Source: Chloroflexia bacterium (GTDB lineage: Bacteria; Chloroflexota; Chloroflexia; Chloroheliales; Chloroheliaceae). From it: a stretch of 64,000 nt of DNA. The translations under genes and the position numbers were made by a program. Below, in pieces: positions 27,821 to 36,430 of the stretch. The stretch spans positions 12,678 through 76,677 of the forward strand of contig JBBQGP010000002.1 in the NCBI GenBank assembly GCA_038323095.1, written 5' to 3'. Every line of letters begins with the position of its first letter. Positions within the stretch are counted from its first letter, which is position 1. The notes under the pieces were generated by a model. It was not told where the DNA came from. It did no database searches and saw only the letters and a list, made by a program, of their open reading frames with translations.

Positions 27821-29482
27821 ATGAGAAATCCTCATTCAACAAATCGCCGCCGCTTTTTGATATATGGTGCGCTTGGCCTGGTTGGGGCCGCCGGAGTAGG
27901 TAGTCTTAAAACTATATTCAATCAGGAAGCGGATCCCCAACAAACTGCTAAGATTAATCCAATACCTACCAATGCTGTGACCCGAACCGTAGCCCCAACC
28001 CAAACGATTAGCCCGACCCCAACCAGCACTCCGATTCCGTGGCGCAATCCAATTGAAGCAGAAAACAAACAGTCTGGCAGTCCTAATTGGGTCATTACTA
28101 AAAGTGGCGATGATACGCTACTTCAAATTAAAGGTTATGCTTCGGCGACCAGCGTAAATAAAGGTGAGCCGATAAATCTGCACGTTTCGGTCAACCCGGC
28201 TCAAGATTACGCAATGGAAATCTACCGCATCGGTTGGTACAACGGGGTCGGCGGACGCTTGATGCAAACAGTCGGGCCGATAGCTGGCTCAACTCAAAAT
28301 ATACCTGCGCCGGACAGCTTAGGTACAGTCGCCTGTAATTGGCCGGTGGCTTACAGCTTGAAGGTGCCAGCCAGTTGGACGAGCGGAGTGTATCTGGTCA
28401 AGCTTACTAACACACAAGGGTGGCAAAATTACATTCATTTTGTGGTACGGGACGATGCGCGTGCTTCGGATTTGTTATTTCAGTGTAGCGTGACCACCTA
28501 TCAGGCTTATAACAATTTTGGTGGCAAAAGTCTTTATCCCGACAACAGCCTGGACGGGAAGGCGGCCCGCAAAGTTTCGTTTGACCGACCTTACGCCAAT
28601 ATTGGAGCTTTACAATTTTACGATTGGGAGATGCCACTGCTCCGTTTTATAGAGAAAAATAGCTACGATATATCCTATTGTACTAATTTAGATTTGCATT
28701 CCAACGCTAGTTTAATAGATTCTCACAAGGCTTTCCTTTCAACCGGCCACGACGAATATTGGAGCATGGCAATGTATGACAATGCTCTGGCAGCCCGTAG
28801 TAATGGTAAGCATTTGGCTTTTTTTGGAGGTAATGCGGTATACTGGCAAATCCGAATGGAAAGCTCGGCTGAGGGCATACCCAATCGGATAGTAACTTGT
28901 TACAAAAGTTATTATCTGGAAGACCCTCAATATCCTGGCCCTAAGACCACGTATCTCTGGCGCGAACTTATACCAGGCAAGCCTAGTTCGGAAGCAAGCC
29001 GACCCGAAAACCAGCTAATCGGCATTATGTACGATAGCTTTATCAATAGTACCGTTGGACAAGCATATGTGGTAACAAATAGTGACCACTGGGTCTATGC
29101 TGGAACGGGCTTTAGCAATGGAACAAGTGTGCCGGGGATTGTGGGTTACGAATGGGACAAACGCTACAGCAATGGTTTAGAGCCTGGCGGATTGGTGCAA
29201 CTTTCTAACTCATTAGTGGTAAACGAGAATAAAGTCAACACCTACGCGCACTCTTCAATTTATCAGGCCAGCAGTGGAGCATGGGTCTTTGCTACCGGCA
29301 CAATTTACTGGAGCTATGCTCTCGACTTTTGCGGTTTTCAAACTAACGATTTACGGAATGTAGGCATCCAGCAGACCACCAGCAATGTATTAAACCGCTT
29401 TGTTAATAACGGAGCGAAACCTTCAGCTTTGTTTGGTAATGTTTCTACAGGTTTAAAAAGCACGGCTACCCCTTCGCCCTGA
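27821..29482 (+). CDS. Tat-exported protein of the N,N-dimethylformamidase large-subunit-like family (function unknown)
   Basis: ATG 27821. Twin-arginine signal NRRRFLIYGALGLVGAAGVG. Family-like blocks IYRIGWYNGVGGR, WTSGVYLVKL, TTYQAYNNFGGKSLY, VSFDRPY, STGHDEYWS, FFGGNAVYWQIRME. Confidence 0.6.
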   Translation: MRNPHSTNRRRFLIYGALGLVGAAGVGSLKTIFNQEADPQQTAKINPIPTNAVTRTVAPTQTISPTPTSTPIPWRNPIEAENKQSGSPNWVITKSGDDTLLQIKGYASATSVNKGEPINLHVSVNPAQDYAMEIYRIGWYNGVGGRLMQTVGPIAGSTQNIPAPDSLGTVACNWPVAYSLKVPASWTSGVYLVKLTNTQGWQNYIHFVVRDDARASDLLFQCSVTTYQAYNNFGGKSLYPDNSLDGKAARKVSFDRPYANIGALQFYDWEMPLLRFIEKNSYDISYCTNLDLHSNASLIDSHKAFLSTGHDEYWSMAMYDNALAARSNGKHLAFFGGNAVYWQIRMESSAEGIPNRIVTCYKSYYLEDPQYPGPKTTYLWRELIPGKPSSEASRPENQLIGIMYDSFINSTVGQAYVVTNSDHWVYAGTGFSNGTSVPGIVGYEWDKRYSNGLEPGGLVQLSNSLVVNENKVNTYAHSSIYQASSGAWVFATGTIYWSYALDFCGFQTNDLRNVGIQQTTSNVLNRFVNNGAKPSALFGNVSTGLKSTATPSP

Positions 29483-29537
29483 ATAGCCCTAAAAAGTCTT
29501 TTGAAGCATTGGCAGGGAAAAAAAAGGTAGGTACTTT

Positions 29538-31238
29538 ATGAGGTGCAACAAGCTGATTTGGGTGCTATGGTTTCTGGTTATAATGCCGGTTCTGGTGGCG
29601 TGTGCCTCGAAATCCAACCAAAACTCTATGACATATGGCGATGCTAAATTCAAACAAACTTGGGAATATAGCGATAAGCTGGTGAGTGAAGTACCGGGCG
29701 CAGGCCGCGGTTATACCTGGGGGCAAAATTCCTTTGGCATTTTGCAGGAAGAATATAATGAAGCACCGGCGGGTCGCCGGATGGTGCAATATTTTAACAA
29801 GAGCCGGATGGAACTTGCGCCGGATGGTAATTCTGTTACCAATGGGCTGCTTACTAAAGAACTTGTGGGCGGGCTGCGTCAGGTTGGTGAGGCTAAATAC
29901 ATTCAGTTTGAGCCTAGCAAAACCCAAATTGCCGGGGATGATAATAGTGCCGGAGGTAATACTATTGCCCCAGCTTACGCCAGCTTCAAAAAAGTTGTTA
30001 CATTTAGTTCGGGCGAAAATATTGCCCCTTCAAGGGTGAATCAAGCGGCAAACCTGGGACTGGGTAAAGCTGGTGAAGTAGCCACTCTCACCAATCCGCC
30101 AACTCAGCTATTAATTGGTTACTACGAGTCAACGCTGGGACACAATGTTCCTAAAGTTTTTGAAGATTACCAAAACTTGAGCGGGCAGGTTTGGAATGGG
30201 ACAAACTATCAAAAAGGCCGGGTCTATACTGAAAATCCAACTACTAATGTTTTTGGCTACCCTATCTCGGAAGCCTACTGGGTTAGAGCGGTAGTCGCCG
30301 GGGTCGAGAAAGACGTATTGGTACAACTTTTTGAGCGCAGGGTATTAACCTATACTCCTTCAAATGCTGAGCCTTTTAAAGTAGAAATGGGTAATATTGG
30401 GCAGCACTATTACCAGTGGCGTTATCTGTCTGGTACTGCTATCCCCGCGCCACCGGCGGCACCGGCGGCAAAGTGGTGGCTACCTACGCCAGATAAACCA
30501 ATTCACTGGCACTGGCAACTCTCTGAGGATTTTGTTTATCCCAGGGATGTACTGCCTAACGTAGAAGTGTACGACATTGATGGAGAACACGCTACAGCTG
30601 AGACGGTTGCCAAGCTCCATGCTCTTGGCCCTAACGTTAAGGTGATTTGCTATTTTGATGCAGGAGTTTATGAAACCTATCGTTCCGACGCTGGTCGCTT
30701 TCCTAAATCTGTGATTGGTAATGCCGATACTGGTTGGGATGGCTCTTACTGGCTCGACATTCGACAGACTAATATTTTGCTCCCGATTATGCGTGACCGA
30801 ATTCAGCAGTGGTGCAAGGATAAAGGTTTTGATGCTATCGAGCCGGACGAGACCGAGGTTTGGAGTAATAAATCAGGCTTTTCCATTACCAAAGAGCAAA
30901 ACAACTTTTATAATCAGAAAATAGCTGAAATAGGACATTCGATGGGTCTTTCGGTAGGATTAAAAGGTAACACTGGTGAAACGCCGGAGCTATGGCCCTA
31001 TTTCGATTGGACTTTGAATGAGCAGTGCTGGCATTTCAAGGAGTGTAATTTGCTTAAAACCAGTTTTATTGACCACAACAAAGCAGTTTTCAACATTGAA
31101 TACGAGACTAGCCCGGATTGCAACCAGGCGAATAGCTGGCATATGAATTCGGCCCTGCGTGACTTAAATCTGGTTGGCTCAACTAATTCGGCTTATCGCT
31201 ATACCCCCTGTGTGTCTAACTCTAAAGATAAGTGGTAA
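29538..31238 (+). CDS. Lipoprotein with N-terminal repeat-module domain + GH114 domain (paralog of 16929-18356)
   Basis: Lipobox PVLVAC|AS. The N-terminal half contains VQYFNKSRMEL and VQLFERRVLTY modules. The C-terminal ~255 aa are roughly 80-85% identical by eye to the other GH114 domain. Confidence 0.75.
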   Translation: MRCNKLIWVLWFLVIMPVLVACASKSNQNSMTYGDAKFKQTWEYSDKLVSEVPGAGRGYTWGQNSFGILQEEYNEAPAGRRMVQYFNKSRMELAPDGNSVTNGLLTKELVGGLRQVGEAKYIQFEPSKTQIAGDDNSAGGNTIAPAYASFKKVVTFSSGENIAPSRVNQAANLGLGKAGEVATLTNPPTQLLIGYYESTLGHNVPKVFEDYQNLSGQVWNGTNYQKGRVYTENPTTNVFGYPISEAYWVRAVVAGVEKDVLVQLFERRVLTYTPSNAEPFKVEMGNIGQHYYQWRYLSGTAIPAPPAAPAAKWWLPTPDKPIHWHWQLSEDFVYPRDVLPNVEVYDIDGEHATAETVAKLHALGPNVKVICYFDAGVYETYRSDAGRFPKSVIGNADTGWDGSYWLDIRQTNILLPIMRDRIQQWCKDKGFDAIEPDETEVWSNKSGFSITKEQNNFYNQKIAEIGHSMGLSVGLKGNTGETPELWPYFDWTLNEQCWHFKECNLLKTSFIDHNKAVFNIEYETSPDCNQANSWHMNSALRDLNLVGSTNSAYRYTPCVSNSKDKW

Positions 31239-31312
31239 GGCTAAAGCCTTGTTAATAAGCAAACAGGCTTCGCTACTCAAATTATATAGCTGAGATAAAG
31301 GTTACGTTACTT

Positions 31313-32047
31313 ATGGATACTTTATTTTCTGAACCTGCCCCAGGGTTTGGCCGAGCTACAAACCAAAATCTTTTCGTTATCTACTATGGCTGGCTGATTG
31401 CAGATAGTGCGGGGAAGCCAAATCAGGTGGCACAGTGCATTGCGGCGGCCCAACCGAAGTTGCTAATTGCCTCATTTTATACTTTTGAACCCAAATATCT
31501 TAATTTGAGTGAACCAGTACGGGCGATGCTACATCAGGCAGGAGTAAGCATCTTTGCTTATGTCGATACGGATTATGCCAGACGAGACCGTGATATAGTC
31601 AAAGCCGAAGCTTATAATTATCTTAGTCAAGACATGGATGGTATCTTTTTCGATCAGGCTTGCAACTTTTTAGACGGCTCTCAGTTCGCCTATTATCAGG
31701 ATTTGTATGAGTATGTACGAAGGTATAACAAACTGGTTATCCTTAATCCGGGTATCGGTCTACCGGGCGAGGAAATAATGAACGTAACCGATATTTTAAT
31801 GGTAGAACATGCCTGGCGCGAACTCTACCAAACTAATCCGTGGTTTACGGCTTACCCACCTGAACGGTTTATGGGAAATTCTAGCAACGAACACCCCGAA
31901 CTGTCCTGGCACTACCATATTAATTGTGAGGTTGCGACCCAGGATACGAAAGAAGCCTGGAATAAAGGGGTTGGTTGGCATTTTAGCACCGACAAATACA
32001 TTACTTTGCCGGATTGGTTTTCACAATACGCTTCTAACCTGCGCTAA
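31313..32047 (+). CDS. Spherulin4 / Sph3 (GH135)-like protein, no signal peptide
   Basis: Spherulin4-like blocks: VSIFAYVDTDYARRD, MDGIFFDQ (family consensus GIFFDE), VILNPG, DILMVEH. The N-terminus is not hydrophobic. Confidence 0.6.
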   Translation: MDTLFSEPAPGFGRATNQNLFVIYYGWLIADSAGKPNQVAQCIAAAQPKLLIASFYTFEPKYLNLSEPVRAMLHQAGVSIFAYVDTDYARRDRDIVKAEAYNYLSQDMDGIFFDQACNFLDGSQFAYYQDLYEYVRRYNKLVILNPGIGLPGEEIMNVTDILMVEHAWRELYQTNPWFTAYPPERFMGNSSNEHPELSWHYHINCEVATQDTKEAWNKGVGWHFSTDKYITLPDWFSQYASNLR

Positions 32048-32189
32048 CTTGTAGAAGAAAATTTTCCGGCAACTTGCGGTTTTCCCCTCGCAGATGAGTA
32101 GCATAATACATTTGCAGACTTGTCAATGGCTTTTGGAACGGCAGCTAGACGATTGCAAAAACTTGAGTTTTCCTATTACCTAACGTTTG

Positions 32190-32218
32190 TTGACAAATGA
32201 GCCAAAATGCCTTATAAT
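32190..32218 (+). promoter_or_regulatory. Consensus sigma70-type promoter upstream of the Lrp/AsnC gene
   Basis: TTGACA (32190-32195), exactly 17 bp, TATAAT (32213-32218). Confidence 0.55.
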
Positions 32219-32290
32219 CTTAGGGAGAATAAATGACTTTGCTAATTTCTTTTAGAAAATGGAAGAAAAGAAGTGGAAGGACATTAAAAG

Positions 32291-32752
32291 GTGAACCTGG
32301 ACGCAATTGACCTGAAAATTCTGGCAATTTTGCAAGCCGATGGCAAAACTTCGCACGCGGCCATTGCCGAGCAGGTGGGGATAAAAGCCCCTTCGGTCTT
32401 TGAGCGGATAAAGAAATTGGAAACGCGGGGAGTTATTCGAGGTTACACTGTTTTAATAGATGCCGAAGCTTTGGGCAGAAACTTGACCGCCCTGATTAGT
32501 GTCACCTTGATGGGCGGGCCGGATTATGCCGACGAAAGCGCAATCGTGGCGGAACTGGCGGCAGAACCAGCGGTGGAAGAATGTCATATCGTAGCCGGAG
32601 ACGAATCTTTTGTGCTGAAAGTGCGGGTACGTACTCCAAAGGAATTACAGGATTTGACTATCCGTCTGAGAAGGATTAAAGGCGTAGCCCAAACCCGCAC
32701 TACCGTTGCGCTTAGTACCCCGCTTGATAAGCCCGGCCCGACAGTAGATTAA
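32291..32752 (+). CDS. Lrp/AsnC family transcriptional regulator
   Basis: GTG start. LDAIDLKILAILQADGKTSHAAIAEQVGIKAPSVFERIKKLE HTH plus a RAM/ACT-like C-terminal domain. Confidence 0.85.
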   Translation: MNLDAIDLKILAILQADGKTSHAAIAEQVGIKAPSVFERIKKLETRGVIRGYTVLIDAEALGRNLTALISVTLMGGPDYADESAIVAELAAEPAVEECHIVAGDESFVLKVRVRTPKELQDLTIRLRRIKGVAQTRTTVALSTPLDKPGPTVD

Positions 32753-32876
32753 AAAACTGTTCTAAAAATCTGGTAGCCCAAAGAAAAGAGCGGCAACGTT
32801 CTTTTTTTGTGCCTTCGTATCTTTAATAAAGATTTATAAAAGAATTACAAAATTATAAAGAAAGGTGGAAATAAAA

Positions 32877-33971
32877 ATGATGACCCGAACTAATCAATTT
32901 GTGACAAATCGATTGGCAATAGGGCAGGGCGGAGTAGGGCGTACCCTCGCTTTGCTGGTAGTTCTTAACGGTTTGTGGGGCGGAGCATGGTTGCCCTACA
33001 AAGTTGCGCTGGAACAAATGCCGGTATCAGTTTATGCCGCCTTGCGGGTGCTAATCGTATCGCTGGTGTTGTTGCCGTTCGCCTGGCTGGATTTGCGACG
33101 ACATCTGCGGGCGGGTGGTAGCAAGCCGGGCCTTAAAAACTTACCGCGCCTGCTGCTACTAGCTTTAATTGGGGTAGTGCTAAACAATTTGCTGGTTTTT
33201 AACGGGGCAAAACTGGCAAACGCAACCGATGCTTCGCTGCTGGCGATTACCGAAACGCTGTTTACCGCACTATTGGCCTGGTTCTTCCTGAAAGAAAAAT
33301 TCCCGCCCATGAAGTTGCTTGGCCTGTCAATAGGAGCGTTCGGGGTTTATTTGCTGGTGGCAAAAGGTTTGTATTTGCCTCAATTAAATAATGGTGGGCA
33401 AGCTTTGGGTAGCTTGCTGCTGCTGGGCGGGTTTGGCTTTGAAGCTTTGTATACTTTGCTGGCTGCCGGAAGCGTGCGCCGTTTTCCGCCACTGGTAATA
33501 ATCGTTGGCACAAACTTGACCTCGCTTTTGTTCTGGGGGCCAGCCGCCGGGATAAGTTTGGCCGAATCTAATTGGCAATGGCCGCAACTGGATTGGGCCG
33601 GAATTGCTGCGATTGCTTATCTGGTGCTGATTTGTGGCGCGTTTGGCTATAGCGTCTGGTTTAAGGCTTTGCGAAAAGTTGAGCCGGGCCTGATTTCAAT
33701 TACGCTATTTCTACAACCACTGGTCGGCGTAATATTAGGTGCGACTTTGCTGCACGAAAAACTAACCGAGGTTACTTTAATTGGCGGTTCGCTGGTAGTT
33801 GCCAGTTTGGGCCTGATAGCACACGGTGCAACTCAGAGCCATAGCTCAACTACTTCCGAACTGGGTAGCAACGGGCAGGCATCTTACGCCGAAATTGCGC
33901 TGGACGAACCTGAACGCCAGCGTCTTGGCCGCGCCCTTTCCAAATCGCTATCCCTCGAAGGGGATGATTAA
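32877..33971 (+). CDS. DMT-superfamily (EamA-like) transporter
   Basis: AAGGTGGA RBS 8 nt before ATG 32877. About 10 TM helices in two EamA-like halves. Confidence 0.8.
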   Translation: MMTRTNQFVTNRLAIGQGGVGRTLALLVVLNGLWGGAWLPYKVALEQMPVSVYAALRVLIVSLVLLPFAWLDLRRHLRAGGSKPGLKNLPRLLLLALIGVVLNNLLVFNGAKLANATDASLLAITETLFTALLAWFFLKEKFPPMKLLGLSIGAFGVYLLVAKGLYLPQLNNGGQALGSLLLLGGFGFEALYTLLAAGSVRRFPPLVIIVGTNLTSLLFWGPAAGISLAESNWQWPQLDWAGIAAIAYLVLICGAFGYSVWFKALRKVEPGLISITLFLQPLVGVILGATLLHEKLTEVTLIGGSLVVASLGLIAHGATQSHSSTTSELGSNGQASYAEIALDEPERQRLGRALSKSLSLEGDD

Positions 33972-34102
33972 AATTTGCGAAATTGGCTATGACATTCAGA
34001 AAGTCGCCTTTAATTGTGAGGCGGGCGGTAGTCTGGTATAATCTGTTTCAACTGAAAAACGGTTAAAAACATTATTTAACATCAGGTAAAAGGTGATTAA
34101 GA

Positions 34103-34348
34103 ATGCCAGTTTATGCTTATAAATGTATGAGTTGTGGCAGCGATTTTGAGCGGCTGCGCGGTATGTCGACCAGTGATAGCGAAGTAGAATGCCCGGATTG
34201 CGGCAGAGGTGGTCAGGCTAAACGCAAACTTAGCACTTTCGCCGCAATGAGCAAAAGCGACGGCGTAACCCGCCCGGCCAGCACTACTAATGCCAGCCCC
34301 AGCAATTCTGGTGGCTGCTGCGGCGGTGGTTGCGGCTGCGCTCATTAG
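34103..34348 (+). CDS. FmdB-family zinc-ribbon protein
   Basis: MPVYAYKCMSCGSDFE...ECPDCG, with a Cys/Gly-rich tail GGCCGGGCGCAH. Confidence 0.75.
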   Translation: MPVYAYKCMSCGSDFERLRGMSTSDSEVECPDCGRGGQAKRKLSTFAAMSKSDGVTRPASTTNASPSNSGGCCGGGCGCAH

Positions 34349-34360
34349 TCAGGCTTAATA

Positions 34361-35164
34361 ATGCTGGATAACCCCCTGACTTATTTTATATTCGGTTTGT
34401 TGTTTGCCTGGATTGGTTCTTATTTTTATAGTGCCTGGCACAACCGACGGAAATTAACCTGGCTGGCGAAGTGGCTTGAGCCATCGTTGCATATCTTGGG
34501 CAGTAAAATTTCGAGCCGGTGGCACGGCACTGACCGCCTGGATATTTTAATCGGCGAGGGACGGGGAATGATGCGGGACGGGGCGATAGTGCTGGGAGTG
34601 CAGTCGCGCCGCCTTTTTAACGCCCTGATTTCTACCTTGCGCGGCGGGCGTGACAACATGAACATTCTGGTCAGCTTGCAAAATATGCCTGCCTCCGCTT
34701 ATCAATTTGAAGTTTTTGGGGCAAAAGAACCCGTCCCGCGCACCGTAGCCCTGAATATGGCAGCCTGGGATATTGAAGATTATAGCCGCGCTCCTTACCG
34801 GGTGGCTTTTCAGGATGAAACAGGCCGGGATAATGCTTTCCGGCTAATTACGCTGCTGCTGGATTTAGGGTTGGATATTCGGCGGGTTTCGGTGCGCCCG
34901 GTTTTGCCGCAGTTGTTCTTTACCTTTAACATGGGGCGATTGCCACAAAGCGAGGCGGGTGAACTTTTGCGGATAGTACGTGGCGTGGCCGAAGAAGCCA
35001 GCCAGCCTGCCAAAACCAATCTGCGCCCGCCGCGTTCCGGCAACAAATCTTCTAAAACCTCTAAAAAAGAAATTGACAAACTTAATCGTCAATTTCCTCC
35101 GGCGATGACCCAACCCGTCAACGACCCCAAACTCAGCCGCAACGGACACCATAAAGAGGAGTAG
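34361..35164 (+). CDS. Hypothetical N-terminally anchored protein with basic C-terminal tail
   Basis: One N-terminal TM (YFIFGLLFAWIGSYFYSAW). Lies 12 nt after the FmdB gene. I recognise no family. Confidence 0.55.
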   Translation: MLDNPLTYFIFGLLFAWIGSYFYSAWHNRRKLTWLAKWLEPSLHILGSKISSRWHGTDRLDILIGEGRGMMRDGAIVLGVQSRRLFNALISTLRGGRDNMNILVSLQNMPASAYQFEVFGAKEPVPRTVALNMAAWDIEDYSRAPYRVAFQDETGRDNAFRLITLLLDLGLDIRRVSVRPVLPQLFFTFNMGRLPQSEAGELLRIVRGVAEEASQPAKTNLRPPRSGNKSSKTSKKEIDKLNRQFPPAMTQPVNDPKLSRNGHHKEE

Positions 35165-35311
35165 TTTTAAGTTTTGAGTTAAAGAATTCGGGGTCTATTT
35201 ATGTCTGATGATATTTTGTAGGATACTGCTCCGCCAGTAGATTTTTGATTAACTTCTATTGACAGAGCAATATCTTACTGAAATATTAACTCAAAACTCA
35301 AAACTTAAAAC
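35164..35311. repeat. Intergenic element bounded by 19/26-nt AT-rich inverted repeats
   Basis: gttttaagttttgagttaa (35164-35182) against ttaactcaaaactcaaaacttaaaac (35286-35311). The right arm carries a 7-nt duplication (tcaaaac). Fills the gap between convergent genes. Confidence 0.5.
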
Positions 35312-35315
35312 CCTC

Positions 35316-36314
35316 TCAAGACTGCCAGCCATTGAGGTGGGATTTGTGCCAGTTGTAGGCCGAGCGTATCATATCTTCAAGATTATATCGAGCGTGCCAA
35401 TCAAGTTCTTTGGTAGCTTTGGTATTGTCGGCCCAAATCGCCATTGCATCGCCGGGACGACGGGCTACTTCATCCACCTTGAAGTCTGTGCCGGTAACAC
35501 GTTTGGCAGTGTCAATTACTTCCTTAACAGTATTGCCGTTACCCGTCCCCAGATTATAGGACGTAGTCTGGTTGGTTTTCATCAAATATTCCAGAGCCAG
35601 AATATGGGCTACTGCTAAGTCTACTACGTGAATATAATCGCGGACACAAGTACCATCGCGGGTTGGGTAGTCTGTCCCGAAAACCTTGACCGATTCTATT
35701 ATGCCCAGCGCAGCTTTCAAAACTAGCGGTATCAAATTTAGAGTGATTGACCAATCCTCGCCAATTTTAGCGTCAGGAGCAGCCCCAGCTACGTTAAAAT
35801 AGCGCAAACTGGAACTTCGCAGACCATAAGCGGTATCGTAGCGTTTCAGGGCGCGTTCGACCATCAATTTGCTTTCCCCGTAGGGGCTTTCCGGGTTAAA
35901 CGGATTGTTGTCCTCGCTAACTGGCAAACTTTCGGGATTGCCGAAAATGGCGCAGGTAGAAGAAAAAATAAAGTAGTTAATTTTATGGCGTACCATCGCA
36001 TCCAGCAAATTCAGCGTGCCACAAAAATTATTGTGAAAATATTTGCCGGGTTGCTCTACCGATTCGCCTACCGATTTATAGGCGGCAAAGTGAATAACCG
36101 CGTCGGGCTTCTGCTCCTGAAAAACCCGGTCTAGTAAGGCACTATCGGCGGTATCACCTACGATTAGCTTATCAGCCACGCCCAGAGCTTCGATAGCTTG
36201 CCGGAAACCTTTTTCCAGCGTATCCAAAATTATTACATCGTGGCCTCGTTCGATTAATTCGCGCACCGTATGTGAACCAATATAGCCAGCCCCACCCGTT
36301 ACTAAAACTTTCAT
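35316..36314 (-). CDS. galE: UDP-glucose (or UDP-GlcNAc) 4-epimerase
   Basis: MKVLVTGGAGYIGSH, catalytic YGESK, and full-length GalE-like layout. Confidence 0.85.
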   Translation of the reverse strand: MKVLVTGGAGYIGSHTVRELIERGHDVIILDTLEKGFRQAIEALGVADKLIVGDTADSALLDRVFQEQKPDAVIHFAAYKSVGESVEQPGKYFHNNFCGTLNLLDAMVRHKINYFIFSSTCAIFGNPESLPVSEDNNPFNPESPYGESKLMVERALKRYDTAYGLRSSSLRYFNVAGAAPDAKIGEDWSITLNLIPLVLKAALGIIESVKVFGTDYPTRDGTCVRDYIHVVDLAVAHILALEYLMKTNQTTSYNLGTGNGNTVKEVIDTAKRVTGTDFKVDEVARRPGDAMAIWADNTKATKELDWHARYNLEDMIRSAYNWHKSHLNGWQS

Positions 36315-36430
36315 CGCGTCTCCTTATTATAATTTTTGGAAGAATTAAAAACTGCTTACTCTCTGAATTACTATATCATCAAGAGTATAACCGTTTTTAA
36401 TACCTCAAAAGTTTCGCCAAATTTTAGGGA

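Noticed and set aside
35259-35618. 119-aa plus-strand ORF
   Set aside because: It starts in the AT-rich inverted-repeat element and runs antisense to the well-supported galE 3' end.
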